Positions 28,550 to 37,601 of a stretch of DNA of 64,000 nt are shown here, one piece after another; positions within the stretch are counted from its first letter, which is position 1, and each line of letters opens with the position of its first letter. Made by a program: the position numbers and the translations under genes. The notes beneath the pieces were generated by a model, which saw only the letters and a list, made by a program, of their open reading frames with translations, ran no database searches and was not told the DNA's origin. This DNA comes from a virus (Duplodnaviria; Caudoviricetes): positions 18,032-82,031 of the IMG/VR virus record IMGVR_UViG_3300006467_000282. One strand, given 5' to 3'.

Positions 28550-29028
28550 TATTTGAAGGACCAGATGGAGCTGGTAAAAGTTATATTGCAAGTTATATAA
28601 GTACAGTATCTAAAATTCCAATTTATCATGCTGGAGGACCACCAAAAACTCCGGAAGAAATAGTGGAACGTGCTAATAAAATGGTGAAAATGGAAAACAA
28701 GATATTTGATAGATTTCCTATAATTTCTGAACAAATATATGGAACTATCGTCAGGGATAATAATCCCTTTAACTTTGGAGATTTAAAAGATATTCCTTTT
28801 CCCGTTGTATATTGCAGACCTTTTCGAGAGACATTGCTTTCATCAGAAAAAATTGAAAAGGATTATAAAGCAGGTAAACATATGAAGAGTGTCCTGGAAA
28901 AATATGAACAAATTATCGACAAATATGACGAACTTATGAGTTCGTTACCACATTTAACCTTTAATAGGGATTTAGAATCATGTGCGGACTTTCTTACACG
29001 ATTGGAAAGAACAATATTGAGAAAATGA
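28537..29028 (+). CDS. Thymidylate-kinase-like dNMP kinase
   Basis: IIFEGPDGAGKS P-loop; DRF...SEQIYG. Confidence 0.85.
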   Translation: MPSIIFEGPDGAGKSYIASYISTVSKIPIYHAGGPPKTPEEIVERANKMVKMENKIFDRFPIISEQIYGTIVRDNNPFNFGDLKDIPFPVVYCRPFRETLLSSEKIEKDYKAGKHMKSVLEKYEQIIDKYDELMSSLPHLTFNRDLESCADFLTRLERTILRK

Positions 29029-30314
29029 ACGAAACCCTCAGGCATCGAGGAATACGTTCAAGTTATAAAAAATTAAATGATAATGATTTATATCTCGGCC
29101 ATACCCGACTTCCAATTCAGGGGGTTGATAAAAGATATGACCAACCATCTGTATATGGAAATTATACAGCAGCAATGGTTGGAGAATTGTTTAATTTCAG
29201 AGCAATGGACCCAAGTGCAAGGACTGATTTATCTGTTTTAATGGATCAATATTCAATGAACGGGTCAAATGTATTTATGAATTTTGATGGGTTTTGGTCA
29301 GTCATTATTTATAATGAATTTACGGGTTATACTGATATTTTCACAGATCATCTTGCAAAGAAACCCTTATACTATAGAACTGATCTGTGCGCATTTGCTT
29401 CAGAAATAAAAGCATTAACTGTATTAGGTGAAAATACATTTGATAAAACTTATTTCTCAGCTGTTGCTAAATGGGGATACTGCCCTGAAGATCGTACACC
29501 CTTTAGCGAAATCAAAAAGTTGCCCGGTGGAGCACATATCCAGTTGAATTCTATGGGTTATGTAATTAATTCTAAGTCCTATCTAAGTCTATTACCAAGT
29601 CCATCCGCAAGTTTAGAACTTATTATGGAAGATGCAGTTCGAAATCGTTTGGTATCTGATGTTCCAGTTTCCTTGCTCATGAGTGGTGGTTTGGATAGTA
29701 CAATTATATATTATCTTATGAGAAAACATACAGATTCGATGACTATTTTTCATATAGATAATGATGAAGCAGAATATTTGAATTATATTGACTTTCGCCC
29801 ACAAGACAAACTTATTTCCTTATCCATTGATGATACCTTATACGATACAGATGAAGTACTTTGGCATAATGATGGACCTGTTGATCTTGGATCGTTAATG
29901 CCTCAGTATCTTCTTGCAAAGGAAATTAAAAAACATGGATTTAACGTGTGCTTATCAGGTGATGGTGCTGATGAATTGTTCGGTGGATATAAAAGGATAA
30001 CTGAATATGATTCACAGTATTCTGATATATTTCATGAGCTTGCTTATTATCATTTACCAAGGCTGGATAAAATGATGATGGCTCATACAATTGAATTGCG
30101 TTCACCATTTCTTGCCCATTATGTAATTGAACACGCGCTGTCTATGAAGTATGAAGACAGGATTAATAAAATAGGATTAAAAGAAGCATTCAAACATATT
30201 GTTCCTGAAGAAATAGTTAATCGTAAGAAAAAACCATTAAGATATCGTACCGATTGGCGGCACGATTTGATTAAACAATATAAAGATCTAATAATCAAGC
30301 GAGGTTTAGTATGA
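28980..30314 (+). CDS. Asparagine-synthetase B-like amidotransferase (Ntn-GAT + PP-loop)
   Basis: MCG N-terminus, RHRG, GHTRL, MSGGLDS, SGDGADELFGGY, RLDKMMMAHTIELRSPFL. Confidence 0.9.
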   Translation: MCGLSYTIGKNNIEKMNETLRHRGIRSSYKKLNDNDLYLGHTRLPIQGVDKRYDQPSVYGNYTAAMVGELFNFRAMDPSARTDLSVLMDQYSMNGSNVFMNFDGFWSVIIYNEFTGYTDIFTDHLAKKPLYYRTDLCAFASEIKALTVLGENTFDKTYFSAVAKWGYCPEDRTPFSEIKKLPGGAHIQLNSMGYVINSKSYLSLLPSPSASLELIMEDAVRNRLVSDVPVSLLMSGGLDSTIIYYLMRKHTDSMTIFHIDNDEAEYLNYIDFRPQDKLISLSIDDTLYDTDEVLWHNDGPVDLGSLMPQYLLAKEIKKHGFNVCLSGDGADELFGGYKRITEYDSQYSDIFHELAYYHLPRLDKMMMAHTIELRSPFLAHYVIEHALSMKYEDRINKIGLKEAFKHIVPEEIVNRKKKPLRYRTDWRHDLIKQYKDLIIKRGLV

Positions 30315-30961
30315 ATGTAAATGATGTAGAAGAAATTGAAATTGAAGGTGATATGCTCGAAGCAATATTTGCGAAACAGAAATCATTGATGGATAAATAT
30401 CATGTGATTGAAGAAAAGCAGGGAGTTGGGTATGGAATATTGAAAGGTAATCCTTTTGATATCAATGAAATCCGCTCTCAATGTTTGGTAAAAGATTTTG
30501 CTTGGCGGTTTACAGAAGAAATTACTGAAGCTTCCGAGGGATTATTGAATGGGGAAACGGCGCATTTTCTAGAAGAACTTGCTGATGCTCTTCATTTCAT
30601 AACTGAACTTTGTATTATGGTTGAGATTACTCCGAAAGATCTTATTGGCGAATTCCTCGGTTATAATCCTGATCAGGATATGTTTTATAAGTTATTTTTT
30701 GTTTGTGGTATGCCTAGAAAAGCTCTTCCGGATACATACAAACCAATTTACCATATGGGTTTGGCAATGAATTGCTTGAAACAAAAACCATGGAAGCAAA
30801 CACACATTCTTACAGACCAAACTGCTTTTAAAAAACATATAATAGATTCCTACAGAGCTTTTTGTGAATATATGTCCCATTTTGAAGATGACAAAACTAT
30901 GGCCAGTTATTATTTCAAAAAGAACGTTGTAAATCAATTCCGTCAAGACACACAATACTAA
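30311..30961 (+). CDS. All-alpha dimeric dUTPase/dCTPase-like pyrophosphatase
   Basis: TEEITEA, EELADALHF, KPWK, Y.KKN.VN.FRQ...Y. Confidence 0.8.
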   Translation: MNVNDVEEIEIEGDMLEAIFAKQKSLMDKYHVIEEKQGVGYGILKGNPFDINEIRSQCLVKDFAWRFTEEITEASEGLLNGETAHFLEELADALHFITELCIMVEITPKDLIGEFLGYNPDQDMFYKLFFVCGMPRKALPDTYKPIYHMGLAMNCLKQKPWKQTHILTDQTAFKKHIIDSYRAFCEYMSHFEDDKTMASYYFKKNVVNQFRQDTQY

Positions 30962-30971
30962 TGGAGGTAAT

Positions 30972-31334
30972 ATGGGTTCTGTGATTGCAAGAATAAATGG
31001 TAATCGGTGTAAGTTCAATAATAACAAACATTTCGCTTTATATTTAATCGAAATATTGATTTACTCAGTTTCTCCCTTAGACGTTAAACTTAAAACCCTG
31101 GCTGAAATAATGGAAATGTCCGGACATAAAAGACGAATTAAATCCTGGGGTAAGGTTGATACTGATGAAAAATTTTCTAAATTATATTCAGAAACAATTC
31201 TTGCAATGGAAAATCTTTCCCCATTACCCGGTTTCAGTTCTTCAAAACCGAATGCTGTAAAAGCTGGATATAATAACCCGGAAAGAGGTCGGATATCGAC
31301 TGATTGGACAAAAGATAAGAATCTTAACAAATAA
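30972..31334 (+). CDS. Hypothetical protein inside the modification cluster
   Basis: GGAGG RBS. Confidence 0.7.
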   Translation: MGSVIARINGNRCKFNNNKHFALYLIEILIYSVSPLDVKLKTLAEIMEMSGHKRRIKSWGKVDTDEKFSKLYSETILAMENLSPLPGFSSSKPNAVKAGYNNPERGRISTDWTKDKNLNK

Positions 31335-31336
31335 AT

Positions 31337-31543
31337 ATGTTTGAAGAGTTTGATAAAATACAGCGTGAAAATGCAGAGGGTAACACTTGCCGTACATGTA
31401 AATATTGTGCTAAATCAAACTTACTTACTAATCATTACTATTATTATTGCCACGTTCTACGATCAAAAAGAACGCGTTCTAAAATGATGAGAGTTAAACT
31501 AAAAGACAGAGCATGCGTAAATTACAAGGAGAAGAAAAAATGA
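31337..31543 (+). CDS. Small Cys-rich protein
   Basis: CRTCKYC...C...AC. Confidence 0.55.
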   Translation: MFEEFDKIQRENAEGNTCRTCKYCAKSNLLTNHYYYYCHVLRSKRTRSKMMRVKLKDRACVNYKEKKK

Positions 31544-32391
31544 CATACGAAATTGAACACGTAAATCTAAAGAAACAAGAAATTCCAGATGATTATCATT
31601 GCGATTGTGACTTTTGCAAAGAATTCGGTGGAGTACTAATTCGTGAAGACGGAACAAAATACAACAAACTCGAACGCCGTAAATACTATGATACTGAAAA
31701 TGAAAAGACTCATATTGCAAAAACACCATTGCACGTTGCTCGCTGGGCAATTCAGGAATATAGCGATGAAGCTGAAAATGTTCTTGATCCAACAATGGGT
31801 GCAGGTACAACTGCAGTAGAAGCTCTTATGCAGAAGAGAAATGCATTCGGAGTTGAAATTCAGTTCATTGACGTTATTAAAGCTAATATTGCAAAATGTA
31901 ATCCATATGATATGCATGCAAAAATATATCATGGTGATGCTCGTGGTATTGCAGATTACTTCAGGGGTGAATCATTTGATTTGATTATTAATAATCCACC
32001 ATATTCTGGGGATGAAAATCAAACAAGTTTTGGCGGGGATAAACGCAACATGATGGAATACGATAAAACCCTGGCTAAGAATCTTGCTTTCATGAAAGAA
32101 AATGAGGCGTATTGGGGTACAATGTCAGATATCTATCGGGCTGCAACCAGGAGATTAAAAGTAGGTGGGCGTCTGGTAATTGGTGTTAAAGATATGGTGA
32201 AAAATAAAGCTCCATTCCTGATTCATAAACATTACGGCGAAGGTATAATGCGAATTGAAGATATGAGATTTGAAAAAATGGTTCTTCTTCCACATTATCC
32301 GACAACACTTTTCATGAATACATACAATAAACGCTTTCCAGATGTCAAAGTTCCACAATACCAAACAATACTTGTGTTTATAAAAGTTTAA
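31540..32391 (+). CDS. N6-adenine/N4-cytosine amino-methyltransferase family protein
   Basis: HIAKTP, VLDPTMGAGTT (motif I) before NNPPY (motif IV), LKVGGRL. Start set at 31540 behind AAGGAG. Confidence 0.85.
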   Translation: MTYEIEHVNLKKQEIPDDYHCDCDFCKEFGGVLIREDGTKYNKLERRKYYDTENEKTHIAKTPLHVARWAIQEYSDEAENVLDPTMGAGTTAVEALMQKRNAFGVEIQFIDVIKANIAKCNPYDMHAKIYHGDARGIADYFRGESFDLIINNPPYSGDENQTSFGGDKRNMMEYDKTLAKNLAFMKENEAYWGTMSDIYRAATRRLKVGGRLVIGVKDMVKNKAPFLIHKHYGEGIMRIEDMRFEKMVLLPHYPTTLFMNTYNKRFPDVKVPQYQTILVFIKV

Positions 32392-32398
32392 ATAGATA

Positions 32399-32427
32399 TT
32401 TACAAAATAATGTTTTTATAATATAAT
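32399..32427 (+). promoter_or_regulatory. Promoter TTTACA-N17-TATAAT
   Basis: Directly upstream of the TS homolog. Confidence 0.75.
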
Positions 32428-32454
32428 GTATCATTATTAATTAACGGAGGTACA

Positions 32455-33168
32455 ATGAGAATATTTACAAATCCAGTAGAAATGGTTAAAGAAGTTGAAC
32501 GAGATTTATTTGAAATGGGAACTCGTTATCAGTCATCAACAGTGCAGGATCAAGACGTGGCAGATGATCCTGATTTCCAAACAATGGAATTATGTGGATA
32601 TGCTTATATGTTGACTGAATTTGATTCAAACAATATGTTTGATATGCTTGATCATTCCGGGAAAATTAACGCAGAATGGTTGAACTACGAAGACCAGGAA
32701 CGTCGATATGGAACTACTGACAGACCACTAAATCCAGGATTAGCTTATACATTTAATGGTGAATTCTGGGAGAAATTTATTAGAAATGGCGTATTCTCTT
32801 ATTCATATGCTGAGCGTTTCCAAGCACAACTCCCCTATATTATTCGGGAATTAAAAGCTAAACCGAATACTCGCCAAGCAGTTATGACAATGTATGATCG
32901 TCACCAAGATATGATGCATTGGGGCGGACGAGATCGTGTTCCTTGCTCATTGACTTATCAGTTTATGTTGAGAGAAGATAAACTTGTTCTGATTTATAAC
33001 CAAAGATCTTGTGATTTTGTTAAGTTTTTCCCATCAGATGTTTGGTTAACAGTTAATCTGCTTAAACATGTTGCAAGAGAAATTGGTAAAGAACCAGGGC
33101 AGTTTATCCATATGCTTGGATCACTCCATGCATTTGCAGGTGATCTTAAAGGTAAAGAGATATTCTGA
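32455..33168 (+). CDS. dCMP hydroxymethylase-like thymidylate-synthase homolog
   Basis: ELKAKPNTRQA, VPCSLTYQF, QRSCDFVKFFPSD (Asp at the ThyA Asn177 / T4 gp42 Asp179 site), GSLHAF. Confidence 0.85.
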   Translation: MRIFTNPVEMVKEVERDLFEMGTRYQSSTVQDQDVADDPDFQTMELCGYAYMLTEFDSNNMFDMLDHSGKINAEWLNYEDQERRYGTTDRPLNPGLAYTFNGEFWEKFIRNGVFSYSYAERFQAQLPYIIRELKAKPNTRQAVMTMYDRHQDMMHWGGRDRVPCSLTYQFMLREDKLVLIYNQRSCDFVKFFPSDVWLTVNLLKHVAREIGKEPGQFIHMLGSLHAFAGDLKGKEIF

Positions 33169-33347
33169 TGAAAAAGAAAGATAGATACTGGGCAGTTTTT
33201 TCTCCAACTGGAGCAATGTTTACATCTACAATTAGAAAAAGAGAGGGAGATTGTAAACCTGCCTTTTTTAAAAACTATATTATGCGCCGGCATGAGTACG
33301 ATAGTTGTAGTACTCGGGAAGTACTTATCACTGAAATAAAAAAATAA
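33168..33347 (+). CDS. Hypothetical protein (59 aa)
   Basis: TGATG coupling; not in the track. Confidence 0.5.
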   Translation: MKKKDRYWAVFSPTGAMFTSTIRKREGDCKPAFFKNYIMRRHEYDSCSTREVLITEIKK

Positions 33348-33388
33348 GAATATATTTTAATTTAATTTTAAAAGCAGAGGAAAGAAGA

Positions 33389-33799
33389 ATGAAAAAAATT
33401 AACGTAACGAATGTATTATTTTTATTGGCAATTCTATTTGTATTAAGTATTTTAACCCTCAATGGTTGTGGAAATGAAGATGCTCGAGTTGCATCCAATA
33501 ATCTATCAAAAGCTGCAGATATGTTTGAGATTAATAGAAGAGTTGTTTTTTACAACGGCATTACTGATAAGTATATCTTATCAATTGAAGGACGTTGCGC
33601 AGTAGAGTTTTTTCCAAATAAATTTACTGTAACTATAAAAACTGGTCCGAATGAATTCAAAAAGCATTACTTGGGAAGAGCTGATAATGTTTTCCCTTTC
33701 GTTGAACAACTTGATGCTGTACCAGTGGATGTTTATCATTATAAAGTCATCTTCAAACCACAGTCAATTATTCCAGATATAGATATGAAAGTAAAGTAG
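33389..33799 (+). CDS. Conserved phage lipoprotein
   Basis: Signal peptide with lipobox-like LNGC; DARVASNNLSKAADMFEINRRVVFYNGITD. Confidence 0.8.
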   Translation: MKKINVTNVLFLLAILFVLSILTLNGCGNEDARVASNNLSKAADMFEINRRVVFYNGITDKYILSIEGRCAVEFFPNKFTVTIKTGPNEFKKHYLGRADNVFPFVEQLDAVPVDVYHYKVIFKPQSIIPDIDMKVK

Positions 33800-33837
33800 G
33801 GGCTAATAAATTAATTATAATTACAGGAGAGAAACAC

Positions 33838-33875
33838 TAATCCTGAAGGCTTTTCAGTCCCGGTTTTCAGGATTA
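33838..33875. other. Stem-loop TAATCCTGAA...TTCAGGATTA
   Basis: Perfect 10-bp inverted repeat in an intergenic gap. Confidence 0.6.
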
Positions 33876-33899
33876 ATAATCACTAAAGGAAATATAATA

Positions 33900-34223
33900 A
33901 TGAAAATGCCAAGAGAAAAACGCAGAAAATCTGAAAATGGATTATGCGCAACAGATCAAATCATGTATATGCCACAACATGTTAAAGGTGATGTTGATCA
34001 TCCAGACGTTGAAATCGGTTTTATTGTCGGAATTACTTATGATCGAACTGAAGCTTTTTGCCGATATTTCCAAAAGGGAAGTAAGACTGAATTCAGAACA
34101 AGAGCAAATAGTGAGTGTACTCCAGTTAATTGCTTAAGTAAATTAGATCATAAAGATCGAATTGACCAAGAAATCGTGGATGAATGGCTTGAAGATATAG
34201 TTAACGGGAGGGATTTACCATGA
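33900..34223 (+). CDS. Hypothetical protein
   Basis: AAGGA RBS. Confidence 0.65.
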   Translation: MKMPREKRRKSENGLCATDQIMYMPQHVKGDVDHPDVEIGFIVGITYDRTEAFCRYFQKGSKTEFRTRANSECTPVNCLSKLDHKDRIDQEIVDEWLEDIVNGRDLP

Positions 34224-34483
34224 CCCATTACTCGGAAGACCCAAGAAGAGTAAGAGTTGATTTCTTTAAACCTTCCGGAAAATGGTATGCAACTGAAGCT
34301 GTATTATGGACAGGAAGATACGGAGGCAAAGACCAACTAATTCATGACGCATTTAAAACAAGTTTACAAAAGCATTTCGAAGATCATCCTAACAGCCTAA
34401 AAGAAATGGATGCAATTTGTTTAAAACCTTATCATGAAAATGCTCACCCGATTCAAATTAAAGCAGGAGGATGGAATAAATGA
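34220..34483 (+). CDS. Conserved small phage protein
   Basis: VRVDFFKPSGKWY. Confidence 0.7.
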   Translation: MTHYSEDPRRVRVDFFKPSGKWYATEAVLWTGRYGGKDQLIHDAFKTSLQKHFEDHPNSLKEMDAICLKPYHENAHPIQIKAGGWNK

Positions 34484-34716
34484 TGTTAGAATTTTTCATT
34501 GGCAATATACAAGAAACTTCCCTTGAAAATACAGCAGGAACAGTATTGAATAGGAAAGCAATAGAAAATATTGTCACAGAAATAATTCGTACAGGAAATA
34601 TTAGTATTAATTTTATTGATATCCTTATAAATGAAAACGAATCAGATAAAGGTCATCTTGTTAAAGCATCTACTTTCAGAAATGAATTAAAAGAATATAT
34701 AGAGGGAATAGATTAA
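34480..34716 (+). CDS. Hypothetical protein
   Basis: GGAGG RBS; overlap. Confidence 0.6.
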   Translation: MMLEFFIGNIQETSLENTAGTVLNRKAIENIVTEIIRTGNISINFIDILINENESDKGHLVKASTFRNELKEYIEGID

Positions 34717-35172
34717 ATGAAAAGACCATCGCAAGATAAATATTTCATGTCAATGGCGATGCTTGCTGCAACACGCTCAAATTGTTATCGTCGGCAAGTA
34801 GGTTGTGTAATTATTGATAAAGAAAATCGTGTACTTGCCACAGGCTACAATGGCGTTCCTTCAGGATATCCCCACTGCGAAATCGGGGAATGCCCAAGAG
34901 ATAAACCTGGGGCGGATTTACATTTATGTCTTGCAATACATGCAGAACAGAATGCTCTATTGCAGTGTTCAGATGTAGATAAGATTCATAAAGTATATGT
35001 AACTGATAGTCCGTGTTTGACTTGCACAGTAATGTTGATGAATACTAATTGCAAGCAAATCCTATACAACAAGCCATATCCTGGGCATGAAACATCAAAA
35101 GATGCGTGGAAGAAACTAAATCGAATCTGGAGACAATATGACTTTCGTTCAAGCACCATTATTCCCAACTAA
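34717..35172 (+). CDS. dCMP deaminase
   Basis: RSNCYRRQVGCVI, TGYNG, IHAEQNAL, SPCLTC. Confidence 0.92.
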   Translation: MKRPSQDKYFMSMAMLAATRSNCYRRQVGCVIIDKENRVLATGYNGVPSGYPHCEIGECPRDKPGADLHLCLAIHAEQNALLQCSDVDKIHKVYVTDSPCLTCTVMLMNTNCKQILYNKPYPGHETSKDAWKKLNRIWRQYDFRSSTIIPN

Positions 35173-37153
35173 AGCAAAATGGGAATTGCCCAAGGAATTA
35201 CCGAATCTATCTGGAGCTAAAGTAATCGGACTCGATACTGAGACACGCGATCCACAGCTTATAGAAAAAGGTCCGGGGGTAAGACGAGATGGATACCTGG
35301 TTGGAATATCAGTTGCAGTTCCAGAAGGTGATACCTGGTATTTGCCATTTGGCCATGCTGAAGGTAAACAATTTGAACGTGAAAATGTGTTACGTTGGGC
35401 AAAAGATAATCTATGCAATCCAAATCAACCAAAAGTCGGAGCAAATATATTATATGATTTAGATTATCTATATCATGCAGGAGTAAAAGTAGCAGGATCT
35501 TTCTTTGATATCCAAAATGCAGAACCGTTAATAGATGAAAATGCATATAGTTATTCTCTTGACACTTTAGCCAGGAAATATTTAGGTGAGAGCAAGCGGG
35601 AAGATATCTTAGATGATGTTTGTCGAGATTACGGATTAAAGGGTAAATCTCAAAAGCATTTATGGAGATTCGGTGCTGAATATACCGGAACATATGCTGA
35701 GGGTGATGCAATCCAAGCTCTGCGAATATTTGAAAAACAGAAACCTGTTATTGCAGCGCAGGGATTAGAAACAGTGTTTGATATGGAAACACGTCTTATA
35801 CCAATGCTTTTGCATATGAGACAACTCGGTGTACCAATTGATGTTGATCGATTAATGGGTTTACATGATCAAATGACAGGTGAGCTTGATCAGCACAAGC
35901 TCGATCTTGATAATATTGCAGGTAGTCATATTGATTACTGGGCAGCAGAGTCAATTGCTAAAGTATTTGATAAATCAGGGATTGATTATCCATTAACACC
36001 CAAATCTAAAAAGCCATCATTCACAAAAGATTGGCTTGATAATCATGGAAGTGATCTTTCCAGAAAGATATTGAAATGTAGAGAAGTCGACAAATTTGTA
36101 GGAACATTTCTTGAAGGTTCACTATTAGAAATGTTAGTTGGGGATCGGATTCATTGTCAATTTAATCAATTAAGGTCAGATGAATTTGGAACAGTAACAG
36201 GTAGATTCTCATCCTCAAATCCCAACTTACAATTTATTCCTACAAGAACAGCTTTAGGGAAACTTTGCCGAAAATTATTCATACCAGACGAAGGTTATGG
36301 GTGGTGTAAAGCAGATTATTCTCAAATCGAAATAAGAATATTAGCACATTATGCAATGGGGAACGGAGCAGATGACGTTCGTCAAACTTTTATAGATAAT
36401 CCCAGAGTCGATTATCACCAATGGTGTGCTGATATTGCAGGAGTTAGTCGTAGTGCTGCAAAGACTATTAACTTTGGAATTGTTTATGGAATGGGAGCTG
36501 AAAAGCTTGGCCGATCATTAGGAATTCCAACACATGAAGCTAAGAAATTCATCGACAACTACTTTATAGAATTACCTTTTGTAAAACATACTGTAGGTCA
36601 AGCAACACAAGCAGCAGAAAAACGTGGATATATTAAAACTATTCTTGGTCGCCGTAGAAGATATGATCTTTGGGAACCAAATGATTTTGATCTTGGTAAA
36701 ATAATAAAAGCAGACCGTAGTCCGAAAGTAGTTGAGAAAAGAATAGAAAAATATATCTCAGAAAATAAAGGTAACCTCGGTAGAAAAGTTCGTCGGGGAG
36801 TAAAACGAGCAGGATGCTATCGAGCATTTAATGCTGCTGATCAGGGATCTGCAGCTGATATTATGAAACTTGCTTTAGTTGATATTTGGGAAAGTGGAGT
36901 CTGCGATGTTATTAAACCATATATAACTGTACACGATGAATTAGATTTTGGTTATCCACTTTCAAAAATCGGTAAAGAGGCAATTTATGAAGTTAAACAT
37001 ATCATGGAAGATGTTTATGAACTGAAAGTTCCAATGATCTGCGATATTGAAACCGGCCCGAATTGGGGCAATGTAAATGAACAGTGGAATTTATGTAATA
37101 AATATACTGAGGCAGGTCATAAATTTGCAGTAAAACAAGCGGAGATAGGATAA
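35138..37153 (+). CDS. DNA polymerase family A with 3'-5' exonuclease domain
   Basis: GLDTET, TGRFSSSNPNLQ, ADYSQIEIR, RSAAKTINFG, VHDEL. Confidence 0.95.
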   Translation: MTFVQAPLFPTKAKWELPKELPNLSGAKVIGLDTETRDPQLIEKGPGVRRDGYLVGISVAVPEGDTWYLPFGHAEGKQFERENVLRWAKDNLCNPNQPKVGANILYDLDYLYHAGVKVAGSFFDIQNAEPLIDENAYSYSLDTLARKYLGESKREDILDDVCRDYGLKGKSQKHLWRFGAEYTGTYAEGDAIQALRIFEKQKPVIAAQGLETVFDMETRLIPMLLHMRQLGVPIDVDRLMGLHDQMTGELDQHKLDLDNIAGSHIDYWAAESIAKVFDKSGIDYPLTPKSKKPSFTKDWLDNHGSDLSRKILKCREVDKFVGTFLEGSLLEMLVGDRIHCQFNQLRSDEFGTVTGRFSSSNPNLQFIPTRTALGKLCRKLFIPDEGYGWCKADYSQIEIRILAHYAMGNGADDVRQTFIDNPRVDYHQWCADIAGVSRSAAKTINFGIVYGMGAEKLGRSLGIPTHEAKKFIDNYFIELPFVKHTVGQATQAAEKRGYIKTILGRRRRYDLWEPNDFDLGKIIKADRSPKVVEKRIEKYISENKGNLGRKVRRGVKRAGCYRAFNAADQGSAADIMKLALVDIWESGVCDVIKPYITVHDELDFGYPLSKIGKEAIYEVKHIMEDVYELKVPMICDIETGPNWGNVNEQWNLCNKYTEAGHKFAVKQAEIG

Positions 37154-37578
37154 TGGAATGCTCATGTACTATATCAAACTGGGATTACGATTCTGAGGAT
37201 CATTGCTATGAAGATTTAATCTTTAAAGAAGATTATCAAGCACCAAGGGAAAGAGAGTGTAATGAATGTCATGAATTTATGCAGCCAAATGAACCACACT
37301 TTTGTCGAACTACAATCTATTTTGATGAAAATGAGAATTTTGAAAGTTTAGATAGATATCGTCATTGTAATGAATGTGATGAAATCATTACAATATTCTT
37401 CGATGGATATTTTATGGGGATGGCCTGGGAAGATCTAAGAAGAAGTATCTTAGATGAAGAAATTGTTGCAACTGAATCATGTCTTTCTAAATTATCACCA
37501 AAGAATCTTGCTAAGGTCTGCGAAATAGTAGAGGAAATGTGGGAAAATAATTACGATGAGGATGAGAATGATTATTAA
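37153..37578 (+). CDS. Cys-rich hypothetical protein
   Basis: CSC, CNEC, HCNEC. Confidence 0.65.
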   Translation: MECSCTISNWDYDSEDHCYEDLIFKEDYQAPRERECNECHEFMQPNEPHFCRTTIYFDENENFESLDRYRHCNECDEIITIFFDGYFMGMAWEDLRRSILDEEIVATESCLSKLSPKNLAKVCEIVEEMWENNYDEDENDY

Positions 37579-37601
37579 AAAATTAATTAAGGAGAAGAAT
37601 T

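Noticed and set aside
28980-30314. Auxiliary metabolic gene for asparagine synthesis
   Set aside because: Disfavoured rather than excluded: the gene overlaps the kinase and dCTPase genes in a nucleotide cluster and has an altered NGEIYN motif.
32455-33168. Ordinary ThyA or SPO1-type dUMP hydroxymethylase
   Set aside because: Asp rather than Asn at the specificity site, and a separate ThyX is present.
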